Positions 48,891-63,704 are shown, numbered from the stretch's first letter. The stretch is DNA of 64,000 bases from Antedon mediterranea (GCF_964355755.1 NC_092675.1:5513812-5577811), one strand, 5' to 3'. The notes: generated by a model not told the origin, from the letters alone. Numbers and translations: made by a program.

Positions 48891-51170
48891 GTCTTGCTGT
48901 TCCTAAAACTTAGACTTTTTGGTGATAAATCATTTTCTGTCATTGGACCTAAGTTATGGAATAATTTACCTATTAATGTGCATATAGCTCCAAGTGTATA
49001 ATGTTTAAAAAAAATTGTTAACAAGTTTTCTTTTCCCTAAGGAATAATTTAGATTTGTCCTTGTATACTGCTCTGATTAATGTACAGTGCTTTGGTCTTT
49101 TTTGGAAAAGCGCTTTATAAATCTATATAGTATAGTAACAAGTGAAATGTGTTTTCTGATTGGCTGATTTTGTGACACACATGTATACAGACATAAGAAA
49201 TACCCTAATGTCTACAAGTAAAACTGGTACATAAATGTATGATTATTAGCAAACTGGAATATTTATATTCTGATACAAATAAATATCGATCACACTGTGA
49301 TCCTCATCTTAAAGTACTACTACTGTCTGTATCAAAATATGCATATATTCAACTAGTTAATATTCAAATTCAAATCCAAATTTTGTACTTATAAATATTT
49401 GTTTTCACATGGAAAAATAGAAATCTTTTCATATTACGTATAAACACTGTCATATTTCATAGTAATTCTTGTTTAAAATATTTGCGCAAAATAAAATAAT
49501 AACTCATATTGTAGATTAAAAAAAACTACATTTGAAGTTATAAACAATTGTGATTGAACACTCTCGCAGTCATCTTTTGACCGTTTGAGTTGCATCTCAT
49601 TTTTTTACAGATCCTAATCACAAGTAAATTAAATTTGATTTTTTCAATATATTTTACCCTCAAAGTTGATTCTTCTTTCGGGTTTTAATGCATAATATAA
49701 TAAGCAGCATATAATCTTTCAGATCAGTTTAGTGAAGCCAATTCGTGCACAAAATGTGGATTATATTTTGTAGTACAGAATAGTGTTTGCCACTGCTAAT
49801 GATTAATAAGGTGATTTATATTTTCTCCTATCCTTTGCACAATGTGATTTATCAACTGATTCTTCATTATTTTCTTGCTGTAATTTTATTTATTATACTC
49901 TTGATATAGTAAGACAAGACTAATAACAAACAAAAACCTCTGTGTGTCGTGTCATATTCACATAAGATTGCATACATTGCCTACCTCTTTTAGTTTGTGA
50001 CTATTCTATGCTTAATTTTACCTCACCAAAAGATGTTGTTATTTTAACTGAGTGAGGAGCGACAGTTTCCTTTGTCACATTGAGCATGTCTGGTGAATAG
50101 TTAAGTAAATGGCCAATATTTTTTAGTGTATGGCCATATAAACACCAACATTTAAAAAATAAAATATATATTAATTTGCCAATATGAGCAAACTTGCTAT
50201 ATAAACTGTATAAACAGTCCAAAGTTTGGTAAAAACATTTTTTTTCTAAATCCATCAAAATATTATTCACTATCTCCTTCACAAAGTCTTAGTATTATAT
50301 TAGCATGATCCTACATATTTGATAGCTCAGCCTGAATTATTATATAATAAGCGTTACAAGACGATCCCTTACTTTTCAAGTGGAGTATAATGTGAAAAGT
50401 CTTTTTATTCATACATACAAAATATATTTGTTTCTTTCCAATCTTCTGCTTTTCAATCCTTACAGTCTTCTTGCCGTTTTTGTGAGCATATTGTAATATA
50501 CAAGCAGAAGAATTCATGTACAAAATATTATTTTTAATAACAGAGAATCCTAACAGCTGATGATATTCCCGATAATAGAGTGAGTAAATAAACATTTAAA
50601 TCAAGTCATGTTAATTAAAAAACTAGAGTATATCCAAATATAAGTTGTTAAATTGTTTGCTATCATAGTATTTTAAATTCTTTACCTCGTTAATTTTAAT
50701 TTACAAAGTGTGTCTTCTCGCCTATTTGGCGCTTCTATGCATTCACTGTTTCTTTATAGTTATTTTCAGCCATTTATTTAACTCGATTAAATCAATAATT
50801 TTTTACAAATTTTAATCGTAAATATTTTTATTGCTGGAATTTGAATTTATAAATATAAAAATATGTAGATGTTCAATAAATATTAAAGAAATACATTTAA
50901 ATCTCATGGATTCCCAGAAAATATAGAGGTTGGAGTGTTACTATCTGGTTTTTTTTTTGTATTGGTACATCTGATTTCAGAGAGAGGGCTAATGTCCATT
51001 TATCTAGGTAGGTAAAATGGAAGTTAATGTAGATCACCACTACTGTTGGGTTTTGTAGTTATAATATTCAATTCAAATACACTTACGGTATATGACATAA
51101 CAAATCTTTTTGGCCTAAAAATTATTTGTGATATTTTTTCATAAGTTAGATGATTTGTCGCCAATTCTAT

Positions 51171-51309
51171 AGCTCTGTCTACACTATCAAACTTTATGTG
51201 ACAAAAAAATGTGATATGCCCATATATGAACATGATGATGTCATACCTCTACCATATTTGGGCACATCACCTTTTTTTGTCAAACTAGTTTGATAGTGTA
51301 GACAAAGCT
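51171..51309. mobile_element. MITE family A, full copy
   Basis: AGCTCTGTCTACACTATCAAACT ... AGTTTGATAGTGTAGACAAAGCT. Confidence 0.9.
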
Positions 51310-52604
51310 TAACATGTTTCTTTTTCTTTATTTATCTTCAATAGGGAGTCATTTCTACTGTATAAAAAATCATTTCTTAATAATCTATTTATATTACAGT
51401 AGAGTATCAAATTCGTAACTTACTACTCATAAAAGTATGATTTATAATCTTATAATAATTACTATATTATTGAGATATCAAATAACATGATCTTCGAAAT
51501 TGAAATTGATGAAGACTTCAGGAAGTTGTCTCCATTATTAATTATTGTTTCATAATAACTAAGTGACATTAATTAGTTGAGATAGTTAACGAGGAAGATG
51601 TTCATCGGCTTCCTGTGTATTTTTTAGGCTATCAATAGCAATTTGTGATGGATTATCTGAATTTTATAGTAGTTTTGTAATTGATATACAGTTGAATCTC
51701 CCGTAAGGGACACTATCATGTAAAAATGTCCAATTATGAGAGGCACAAACATTTACACCGCACCTATGTCTGACATTAGATAAGAATCTGAACAAACAGG
51801 CTTTTTTAATGATCATCCAATACAAAAGGAATTCGCACAGTGCTTTATATTTCAACATGGTTTTTTTTTTTCTGATTATAGATGTTTTGTCATTTCTTAA
51901 ATCCCCATATTATAAAAAAAATCATAATTCAAATTGCTCATATTTAAAAAAAAACACCAATATATTAAAAGAAAACTAAATTAAAACCGTCCTGATGTAT
52001 TTTGCCAGATATTTTAAGGTTATAGGGTACCAATCAATATGTTAATTTTTACTGTAGCATTGAATTTGTTTTTCCTTTTAATTATTTTCTTTATTCTTTA
52101 ATTACAGTATAATAAATTGGTATATTTCAATTTGTGGTTGTTTTTCTTATATAATTTATGTAAAAAAATGTATTAATTTCATTGTCAACCAATGTTACCA
52201 TCATGTATCTAAAATGCTTAAAACAAAAGGAAACTTAAATAGAATTTCAAAAGAAGTTAAATAAATAGTTCTATTAAAATTTTTAATTGATTGTTTTCTG
52301 TTTATTCAGTTTAATCATTTGTATAAACGTAAGAAATAAAATATATCAGAAAAAAATTGATACTAAAAAACATTTAAAATAGATTGATGGTTCCGCTGTA
52401 AAAAATGAACATTACAAATTTGTAAATATTGTGTACTAGTTATTGCTTCATGTTATAATTACCATCTGCATAGGATGTACTGAAATAAACTTTGTAAGAA
52501 AATCAATTGTCTTTGAATAAAATTGAAACATTTTGAATGATGGTTCAGCCTTGGTACAGTTTTTCTTCCTACAAAAGTTGTATCAAATCCCCCTTTATTT
52601 TTCA

Positions 52605-53497
52605 ATTTAATTTATGTCTTTTGGCACATGTGGCCAAAGATTACCAATAGTAAATTAATCACTGTTCTATGAACCAGTTCACCGGGGTAACCCCCTACTC
52701 TTTTATCTGAGAAACTGATTGTTACCCTTTATCATTATTAGCTAATCCATTTAAACCCATCGTAGATAACCCAATGAGATCTTTGGAATATGTCACATTA
52801 CAAATGAAAGCTTAGAGAAAGTGAACGAATTGAATTAAGTAATATTTATGTTTTGTTAAAGTGTTTAAGAGAATGGGGATTCAGGCGTTGTGAAGATATA
52901 TGCTGGATTAAAACCAACATTCACAATCCAGGCCATTCCAAAAATTTAGGACCAACAGCTTTATTTCAACGGTCAAAGGTAACTAGTAGTTAAGCATTTG
53001 ATATCAATGTGTTCACACATTGGTGTTATGAAGTGAAATTCTGTTATATAGAAACCCACAAATAAAGTGACTATACAATTAATAACTTGATTTTTTATGG
53101 CTTCTGCAAGGGGAAAATTACTTTATTTATTTATTATTTTAATTTATGTCTTTAGGCACATGTGGCAAAGGATTACCAATAGTAAATAAATCACTGTTCT
53201 ATCAAATACTGTACAGGTGGTAATCCCCCTGATACAGGGGCTATTGTGTGAACCAGTTCACCGGGGTAACCCCCTACTCATTTCGAATGATAAACCATCT
53301 CCCTGGATAAACTGGGTTCTTTTAAAGGTGGCCTCTGCTTAAAGTCTATTTTTAGATTTATTTTGACCAGCATCTATCTATAAAGAAATATATTATATAT
53401 AACAACAACAATAAGTGCACACAGATTATAACTGTGTACACTGGACCTACAGTTTATAGCCCTTATCCGAGAAGACTTGTTCCACCACCAGAACTAA
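52605..53497 (-). mobile_element. Partial Deu-domain SINE copies within a local duplication (52605-52700 vs 53135-53280; SINE body to 53497)
   Basis: CACCGGGGTAACCCCCTACTC and CTTATCCGAGAAGACTTGTTC are reverse complements of the 62384 SINE. The flank GGCACATGTGG..GATTACCAATAGTAAAT is duplicated. Confidence 0.7.
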
Positions 53498-54768
53498 TTC
53501 CTAAATATTTACTGACTTAAGTAAAATACTTTATTTAAGTGGAAATGTATTATTGTTAAAATAGCTACAGTACTGGTAGTACAGTAGTAGTGGTACTGTA
53601 AGACGTAAAACTTAACCCAAACAAAAGTTGATAACAAAAACGAAGGTAATTATACTTTATAAATTACTCCAAAATCTGATTTAAATTCAAAAGAGTACAT
53701 TAAACTATGTGTTTGTTTTGTATTCATATTTATTGACATTAGATTCATGTTCTGACATACAGTAGGTTTATATTCTTGGAGTTTTAGAATAGAATATTTC
53801 TTATCATTGATTGCTTTTTATAATGAGATTTATTCAGATTTGGATGTAAATCATTTTTTTTTGACAAGTGCATGACAAATGAAGTTACAAATACAAGTTT
53901 TGGAATAATCCAATTAACAATAGCCTATTTTATTCCCAATACAATAATTAACATCTAAAGCTTGTTTTTACCAGCCCGTCAATTTATTCCATGATAACAA
54001 AGTATCAACCACAACTCACACTCAACCTTTTTCTTCCTTGTCTGCGTGTGAATAATAATAAATGCACATATACATGCTAATATCAGGAATCTACCATTAT
54101 ATGATCAATTCTTAATTAGCATAATCTTTGAGAAAAACCACCCCTGTTTTAAGAATGGATTCGGCTGATTCACTCATAATCTAGCAATTAAATATATTAG
54201 TTTGTTACTGTATTTGTTGAGCATATACACGCTCTCTCAACCGTCTCACAGTCAAGTAATGATGTGCTATCGTTGATGCTCTGATATTAATGAATGAAAG
54301 ATAGCATAGATAACCGAAAAAGACTGAAAGACAACATTCTCTGCCTTTTGTGTATCGATTTTAATTTACTGGGATTTTTCGTCGGAAGGTTGCCATCATT
54401 TCTATGATCTGTCTGTGAGATTGATGTTCATATAAATATTCAAGGATTTTTAAATATTAAAAAGAATAACTGTATCACACTAATATAAGGTAATTCATAT
54501 TATTGTCTTATTGCATTAAATAATAAAATGAAGTAATAATAATAATACATTTTAATGGTTTAATTCTTTTGTACAATGTTTTATTAGATGTATAACAATG
54601 TGTATTTAATGTTTTAAATACGATAGTAAACTTAAATATACCATGATGAGCTCAGATGATCTATTGTATGATGTAGAGTTTGATTCACAGTCAGGATGAC
54701 TTGTTTTTCACTCTTGCATCCTTTATTATTTAAAGTATATTATCACTGTGATTAGAGTTTTACTCTAA

Positions 54769-55132
54769 AGCTCTGTCTATACTCTCAAATTCATTTGACA
54801 AAAAAACTGTGCACAAATATGGTAGTGATATACCCAAATATGGTAGTTAATATGACATCATCATGTCCATACATGGGCACATCACATTTTGTTGTCAAAG
54901 CTCTGTCTATACTATCAAATTTGTTTTACAAAAAAATGTGCACAAATATGGTAGTGATATACCCAAATATGGTAGTTAATATGACATCATCATGTCCATA
55001 CATGGGCACATCACATTTTGTCTATACTATCAAATTCGTTTAAAAAAAAAATGTGCACAAATATGGTAGTGATATACCCAAATATGGTAGTTAATATGAC
55101 ATCATCCTGTCTATACATGAGCACATCACATT
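54769..55132 (+). repeat. Head-to-tail trimer of truncated MITE family A (~120-130 bp unit)
   Basis: Three units each carry TGTCTATACT..CAAAT..GCACAAATATGGTAGTGATATACCCAAATATGGTAGTTAATATGACATC and none has a right TIR. Confidence 0.9.
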
Positions 55133-55894
55133 AGAATATTTTCATTCAATCAAATCATGAAATTATTCAATATATAAACATATTATTATTACAACGTTAA
55201 ATAATAACTGTAAACATCCTGTTTTCTGTATTTTTAACATTATTCAGGATTATTTAATAATTATATTTATATTATTCATCCCACAACCTACAGATAATTG
55301 CATAATTGTTTTACATAATTCATCATACTTTAATTATTAGATTTGATTAAAAAATGTTCTTTCTTTTCAAGAACATGGCATCAATGAATTATATTTACAT
55401 ATCTGTACTTTACAATTAATATAATTCATTAAACCACAATTTTCATCATTGGGAACATACAGTAGGTACACAAAAATATTGATTTAATTTCAACAATTCG
55501 GTTTATCGGATACCAACCACTTTTAATTCTTTTAAGATATTTATTCATTTTTTATAAGCAGAATAATTTCAAGTACAGATGGTTCCCTCCTTCCTTCCCT
55601 CCCATTTCCAATCCAGACAAAAATGTATATATTAAAATAGATGTAACGCATGATTATAATTTTGAAGGGTAGATTTCAAAGCGGGAAGAAGGGGGAGTAG
55701 AGCTTTTAAAAGGTTACTAGTGAAAACATTGGTAATTTATATTCCATCCGTAACATATAGTTATATATAATATAAAGCGTGAATATGTCAACAGTAAGTA
55801 TTAAATACTAAAGCTTTCTTATATTACATTTAAAGTTTGATCGTGGAAGACAATTTCAAATCCAATTTGCGATTTTTCATTTTGAATATTCTTC

Positions 55895-56287
55895 ATGCGG
55901 TAGATTACTCTAGTATAATATTTTAGAATTCAATATGCTCCATGTTGTCTTCAGTGTTTCTTTTGTAATCAGTGTGGAAAGGAGTAGATTTTTTTCTAAT
56001 AATATAATAATATAATGTATAATGTATTTTAGAATCCAATATTCTGTATGTTGGCTTTAATGTTACTTTTTGTACTCAGTCTGGGAAGGATTTTATGCGG
56101 TAGATAACTACTGTATGTACTATTATAATATGTTAGAATCCAATATGTTGCGTGTTGGCTTCAGTGTTTTTTATATACTCGCATGTGGGAAGGAGTAGTT
56201 TTATGCAGTAGATTACTCTGTACTATTATAATATTTTAGAATCTAATATGCTGCATTCAGTGTTCTTTTTATACTCACATGTGGGAA
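55895..56287 (+). repeat. Degenerate tandem repeat, ~100-bp unit x ~4
   Basis: Recurrent GTAGAT..TATAATAT.TTAGAAT.CAATAT..TCAGTGTT..GTGGGAAGGA. Confidence 0.75.
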
Positions 56288-58737
56288 CCTACACCGCCTA
56301 CTAGTTTAATTGATTATTAATACCAATGTAATTATGCTTTGCATTATTTGTTTTATGGCATTAAAATGTAAACAAGGATATTTAAATCAACCTATTGTTA
56401 AATGTACCATGCTACTTTGTGGTCCTTGTCCACACTATGTATAGTCACCTCCAGAAAATAAATAATAAAACAGGTCTAGACAAATTAATGTAACTATAAT
56501 TTATATGTATTGACACTTTTTATGTGTTTGCAGACATAGACCTTTTCTTTAAAAAATATGGCAAGATAAGATATTAAAATACATTTTAAATTCCTATAAG
56601 AAGAACATTTAGAATACTTAATATAAAATATATTTAAAATACTGTAAACCATACAAAATATTATAACATAAAAAAAAAAAATTGATTTTAAAAATGTTTC
56701 TTTTGAAAATTATCAATTTCTTCTTGCAAATATTTCAGGTTTAAGTATAAAAAAGGATGATGTTATTTTTATGATATATTTTATTACACTTGGCAGGAAA
56801 GTTTTAAATTGCTTCTTAAATTCACAGCCAAGGTTTGAATAAAGTATGTCATCTGAAAATTGCTTGCAATTGAAAATATTGTGATGTTATTGGTTATCTG
56901 TTTTAGGCCTTATTTGATTTTCAACAAATTATAAAACAAACGTCATATTTTATATAATTTTTTTAATCTCGATTGATTTGTTAAAAGATTTTTGCAATGC
57001 AAAATCCAGAAATATTTTTTTACTTATATCTTTATCTTACCTTTATCATACATCGTAATGAGGTAATTTATCGAATAATCGTGAAATCAAAACAGTACTT
57101 TTTTTCATTGAACACGTCCCTCTCCACAAATGGTGTTAGTGTAAATAGTTGGATGTATGATCTTATATATAGATTAGATTGGTCTGTGATGAATTAGTTT
57201 ATTCATTAAAATTTTATATATACATATTTCATTTGTTCGGTTTGCTTGCCCTGTCAATTACGTTCTTAATGAAAACTACGGTTTTATACTGTCTTCTTCT
57301 TTGTTTGTCTGTTACTGCCATTCCGGCTCTATGATGACGTTTTTAATATCTGTCAAGTTTTTGTTTATTGGAATATAAAAAGCTAATTTAATAGCTCTAG
57401 ATAATTTAATTAAGTCTAAATTAAAATACTCTTATAATTTATTTATTATATTTTATTTAGTACCTGTATTTGAATAATTGAATATCAATTATGACAATAA
57501 TAATACACTAATAAATACCCATGTAATCAGACTGGCAATTTGGAAAAACATTTTTAATTAAATTTAATATGCTATGTCATGAAATAATTAATACAATGTA
57601 TTTTATTATTTACAGACTCATACTGTAGACTACTTACATCATTTCTGGTTTTTGTAATATATTTTAATATTTATGTAAAAGTATTTTTGTATACTTTTTG
57701 CCCATCGATACAGTACCATTTGAAAGTTTAAAATAATAAATATAAAATAGGATAGATATTTTCATTATTATAATTATACACGCATGCATCAACAAATCCA
57801 GCCATGAAATACATAGATTATCTAAAGTACAGTACTTAGAAATCTGAACAAATGGACAAGTCGTCATTTTACGCAACGATCGTGTAGATATGTGCGACCC
57901 ATTAATCCTCTGAATGACCTCAGTAGAGCTCACGCAATAGCTTACTAATTAGTCCTAGTGGTAATTTGGAGACTGGAGCAAATGGATAAAAATTGTATAT
58001 TTTCATCAGATCTATTGGTGATTAGTTTGTTTTATACTATTAGAAAGAACACTGTATGTGAATTTATATATAAATAATGTTCTTATTTGGCTGTTATCTA
58101 CTGACAAGCATGCATTTAGAATGCAAAAAGCTGTGCGGTGTTCTGTGTAATATATATTGGGACACACCTCCCTCACCTCCCCCTCCCCCTCCCCCACCTC
58201 CACCTTTTCTAATTCCAAATTTTGGCTGAATTGGTAAGAGTTTTGGTTTAAAGTAATCTGTTCTCTGAACAACTTGAATTCTAGAAAGAAAGAAAAATAA
58301 TTCATCTTAAAAAAAAATCTTTATGGAATATTATATAATTACTGTATTATTATAATGGTTCATGATTAATCAATAATTATAAAGATTTTATTTCAAATTT
58401 TAGTGGAAAACTAGATGTTAAAACCCAACCATAAGAAAGAAGCTGAGATCAGTATAAATTTGAGAACATTACGTGGAGATGACATGGTTACCTATATTGT
58501 TTGTTCAACTTCATTATGATGTGTTCATTGATTTTCTTCAGTATTCTCAGATTTTGCTTGAAGCCAATCAATTAAATCAGCTTTGTTTTCATTATTAGAA
58601 TGAAGAGGAATCATGACTTTGTACAGAGACTATGTTCTTATCATATGTATGAAATCAGGTTTATTACATATTAGGTTTGCTTACAGACTTTAACAAAAAT
58701 GTTAATTGCATTATTCTAAAAATCGTGTGTACATTAA

Positions 58738-59024
58738 AGATGTATTGTGACCCTGAATATGCCATTCTAATGTAACATAATAGTTATCCACTTTGACCAA
58801 AAATTGGGATTGAAAAAAAAATGTTTTACCTGAAAAAACTGTAATTTAAAACAAAAAAATCGTCAAATTGGCTGTAAACAGCCAGTGGGATTTTGGTTGA
58901 TTTTAACCATTTATTTTGTCATTTTATAGGTGAAAACTTTTTTTTTTTCTATGGATGTGATTACATTTATTAAAACTACAAAATAACATATTCAAATTAA
59001 TATTTATTTTTCATGTATATATCT
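58738..59024. mobile_element. Kolobok-like element D copy
   Basis: TTAA|AGATGTATTG ... TATATATCT|TTAA. Reverse-complement homolog of 8396-8730. Confidence 0.7.
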
Positions 59025-59421
59025 TTAAAGACTTGTTAAAGAAAATGTTAATTGCATCGTGCTAAAAATCGTGTGTACATTATGCTTTAAATCATGAGAT
59101 GGTATAAAATAGAGTTTACATGATGTATACGTATTCTGTTTATCAATAGATAATGCAGCATCATTAACATCATTAGGTTTCATACCATCATTGATATCAG
59201 TATCATTGATAGTCATCATCATCAGCCGTTACTGATATCATTTCCATATCATCAAAAATCACTATTATCTTTACCTACATCATCAAAATCAGTAACATGT
59301 CATTATCATACCATTATACTCGTCACACATATACGTCTGAAGTTGAATTCCTATTGGACTTTTGTACCACAGTAAATTAGATGAAGAATATCAATATTAA
59401 ATTCTAATATTTTTTATTTAT

Positions 59422-59422
59422 C

Positions 59423-59474
<52 letters not shown>

Positions 59475-59475
59475 G
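59422..59475 (+). repeat. (ATC)n microsatellite within a wider degenerate CAT-rich tract (~59155-59840)
   Basis: Perfect TCA/CAT trinucleotide run. Confidence 0.95.
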
Positions 59476-61001
59476 ATTATCATCATTATCTTTATCAACA
59501 AGAAAGCGTAATGACAATCATCATTGTCATTGTAATAACTGTCATCGCCATCACTGTCATGCTATTGTCATCACTATTATCAGAGTTTTTGATTTGCGAC
59601 TACCAACGACCAAACTATGTCATGTTAGTTTGTTGTGTGCATGCAGCAATATTTGGACGTTGTGCTCACTCCTCACCTTGACACAGGTTTGATGGTCCAG
59701 ATGGTCCAGATGAGGGCCGCCGACATCAATTGACCTGAGGTTGGTCGTCAGTCCACGCAAATTGAATGCTTCCTATTATCATTACCATCACCATTGCCAT
59801 CATGATTACCAATGGCAACCATCACTTTGACATCATCACCGTCACTCAAGTATAGAAATCCTTCCCAAGACAACATTCTCAAATTATTCTCTAATATAAT
59901 CTGTAATCAAATCTAGGGATTGACACAGGTTAAGTCAGGCTACTAATATTAATAATTATATATATATAATTTAATTGCCCCTCATGTACAGTATTCGTTC
60001 TAAACAGCGCTTTGAAACCTTTGTCTCTTGCGCTTTATAAATGTTATTTATTATTATTTATTATTATTAAACAAAGAAATTCAATAGTACCCTGTTTTCA
60101 TTATCTATATTTACTCTTGCGAATGGCTAATGACTTGAATAAGCAAATATATTTTGACTGAGTAAATAAGAATTGGTAAAATGAAATTTCAATGTTTATC
60201 GAAAACCTACCAGTAACGTATTATTTTCTCTTTATACACACATTACATTCTGTAATTTCTTTAAGCTAGTTAGTGAGAAGAATATTATACATTTATTATT
60301 ATTATTATTATTATTTATTGCCAAAAACCAGTTACAAACAAACAAAAACACAGAAACTAAGGGAGTAGGCAGGAACCTAAAAGTGAACCTAATCACTATA
60401 ACAAGAGTTCAGGTTCCGTACTCCCAAAGTAACAACAATGATATATAATAAACTATATAAAAATATTTAAATAACAAATAGACGAATCAACAACATTTTC
60501 AAATAACATATTTATTATATTATAGTAATTGATTCTGGCAATGGTAACCGTAATAGTCTTGATATAAATAAGTATTTGGATAGTTCTTTAATATTCATTT
60601 TAAGCAATTTCCCAAAATATCCCACCTTGGTCCAATTGTCTAGTGTCATATTCTGAAAGGTTGTTTAAAATGCAGTAATAGATTAGGACCTTTGGTTTAT
60701 GGACATTTTCTGGTTTTCAGATGGTACTATTTCAGAAAAAGTTGACTGTAACTGGAAAAAAAAGAAGCAAATCCTACCTTTTAGTAGTAGGCTGTGTGCT
60801 ATCAAGCATGGATTAGAGCAGGCTCTATGACTCACACTGCTGAACAACTTGCATAATATGAAATATATAATTTTAGAAATATCCATCAAAAATTTTGAAT
60901 TTCAAATTACTTAAATTGTAATAAATTAAAAATGTTAAAACCCATAGATAATAATGTTAAATATTTCTTTATTTTAAGCCTGTTAATCGTGTGTACATTA
61001 A

Positions 61002-61110
61002 AGATGTATTGTCCCCCTTAAAAATAATTTTTTTAATTTTTGTTGTTGAATATGCCATTTTAATGTCACATAATAGTTACCCACATTGACCAAAAATTGG
61101 ATCTTAACAA
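61002..61110. mobile_element. Kolobok-like element D, partial copy
   Basis: TTAA|AGATGTATTGTCCCC..TGAATATGCCATTTTAATGTCACATAATAGTTA. Confidence 0.65.
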
Positions 61111-62383
61111 ATTACTTTTAATAAATGAAAAATATTCAAATCCATGGATAATAATGTTGAATACTTCTTTATTTTCAGTCTGTTACATTTCACACAATAT
61201 AAGAGAGTACTTAACAGATTATAAATAAGAATATATTATTGATAAATGCAGGTGAAGGTGAGTCTGGTATTCATTCAACATAGGAGAATGAGCAACAATT
61301 AGGAGCACATTGTACCATATCTCAGCATTATGTTAAATGAGATTTAATTACAATGACTAAAATGTATAGTTTCACTCATACATATTATAGTACATCTGAA
61401 TTTGAACTCCTGAGACAATTGTACCACAGTAAAATTAGACTATTTTTTTATACATTAAAAGAAACATCATTACATTCTAATATGTATATATATAGCAATA
61501 TAGTGTTTTCTTTTTTATCTCATCAAATACACAAACATGAAATGACTATTAAAAGGCTTTTAAATGCAAAAATAACAAACGGTTTTTTCAGACTTGCATA
61601 GAAATTAGATATTTTTAGAATTTTACGTTCTTTAATTTCTTTCTTGAGGGAACTTTTCATCACATTTTTTATAAAATTTACCATGAGTACAATAAATGAA
61701 AAGGTCATTTATACAATATAATATCTTATCATCTATACCGATCAGAGTTTAATCATTGCGTTTTTCAAGCTACATTTAGCAATTTAGCAGTACATTCAAA
61801 TAGATGTTACATCAGTCATATATCACACTATAATGCACAATTAAAAACTGTGTGCACTAAAGGTATTTAATCTATGTGATACATGAAACAAATATATTTC
61901 ATACCAGCCATACTGACATTATCATCAATAATAATGTATTCCAAATTTCAATGTACTAAAATTATGATATGCATTGAATGACTGGATTATGTTATATAGT
62001 AACTAAATACTGCACAGTGATTATAACCTTTAGCATGCCTAATTTTTCTTGCCATTTAATTGGTTGATTTTAATAAATGTATCATGTCATCCTCACGATT
62101 CGGATTAAATTGAATATAGAGTTTATTGTAAAAATGTTGGGAAACACAATAAAAACCTAATCAGTAGAGTACCCCCTCTTAACAACCCTAATTCTATTCC
62201 ACCTTGTTGAATAGACCAATATCGCCTCGATTCTACTCCTAAGTATAAACATTCATTATTCACTTGCAGAAAGATATTTTTCCTGTTTCCATTAGTAGCC
62301 AAGTACATTTTTTCGTAATCTATTGTAATTAAATGTATTCTGCAGAGCGATATGAATAGAACATTAAAGGTTGGTACATAAAT

Positions 62384-62764
62384 GAGTAAGTGTGGCCGAG
62401 CGGTTAAGACAGTGGAACCGTAATCCATAGTCATAACATCGGCAAGGGTTCGAGGCTCACTCGCTCCATAGTTCTGGTGGTAGAACAAGTCTTCTCGGAT
62501 AAGAATCATAAACCATAGGTCCAGTGTATGCATATTGCTCGTGTGCACTTTACAGAACCTAGTACATCTTTCGAGATGAGTAGGGGGTTACCCCGGTGTA
62601 CTAGTCCACATACACTGTCATGGACAGACGTAATGGCGCCATAGTTACCTGCGATAACACGATGTGACCCTTCGGGGAGAAGAATGTTATTGAAAAGGTG
62701 TAACATCTAAGTCCATATCGCTCTGATCTTCATGAAATAGCGCTATATAAATGTCGCATTATTT
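62384..62764 (+). mobile_element. Full-length tRNA-headed SINE with Deu/Nin-like central domain and L2-type tail
   Basis: A box TGGCCGAGCGG and B box GGTTCGAGGC. Central CTCGGATAAG..AAACC.TAGGTCC..GAGTAGGGGGTTACCCCGGTGT resembles AmnSINE1/DeuSINE. Tail AGCGCTATATAAAT. Confidence 0.8.
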
Positions 62765-63704
62765 ATGTCATATAACATTACTCGTCATTTGCTACAAGTT
62801 CTATACATGTGAACCCTTTTTTTTCCAAACTTATATAAACTATAAATTATTTCTTATTTTGCCGGCTCGTTCTTAAGAACATCTCATTAATTTTACCATG
62901 GGTGCAATAAATGTAAGTCAACTATAATCTTTCAATTTTGGATTTCGTTCTATATAATCATTACACGCTAAATTTAACTTAAAAGTAATCCCGTCTTGAA
63001 AGAGATTATCATTTTCAATCCCGTTGTTTAACAAGGCATGGGTTTCGCTTTATTCCTAGATAATTGGTGATTTGATTTGTTGAAAGTAAAATAAATCATT
63101 AATATCTGTATTTTACTACAGGTACAACTTTGAAAAGGAAGAATATTTTTTTGAGTTTAAATCTTTCAATACCTGCAAATATATTCTCACAATTCAACGC
63201 ATATTAAGCATTGATCATTATTTGTATATTAATCCAACATCTCCGAATCCTGATTTTTGTTGGTCGCAATAGAAAGCATACAATGGGAAAATCTGTAGTC
63301 AAGTGTATTTTAATTGCCTGAACAACGTACATAATGACTGCAAATTTTAATCATATAATGAGGCCAGTGAGAATTCATTATACAATTAGTCTTTCAATTA
63401 ATATTTATCGAGGTTACAGTTTGAAATATTTTAAAATGTGTACAACTACAGTTGTAGTTGGCACATTATTTTGTTTGAACTACTGTAGTACAGTATGTAG
63501 TACACTGCAGGAAAGACATCACTTTCCCCCAGACTCTCTATAAATATTGTAACCAATACCACAATCGATGTATGTTATTATTTGACACTGGTACTGGTAC
63601 TGATTCAAATAACCGTCTCACAGAGACATCTGGTAGCCATTGACTTAAAGTTGGCATTTGGATGTGTTACTTTTTAATGTAGGCCTACAGTATGAGAGTG
63701 ACTA

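Noticed and set aside
51500-51535. Hammerhead-like TGATGAAGACTTC..GAAGTT
   Set aside because: Lacks the C of CUGAUGA and the GAAA/stem III half of the core.
61252-61257. Possible 6-nt microexon GTGAAG followed by GTGAGT
   Set aside because: No polypyrimidine tract upstream, and it lies in duplicated repeat-derived sequence.
62123-62548. 141-aa minus-strand ORF
   Set aside because: Runs antisense through the SINE and AT-rich flank with no protein-like features.
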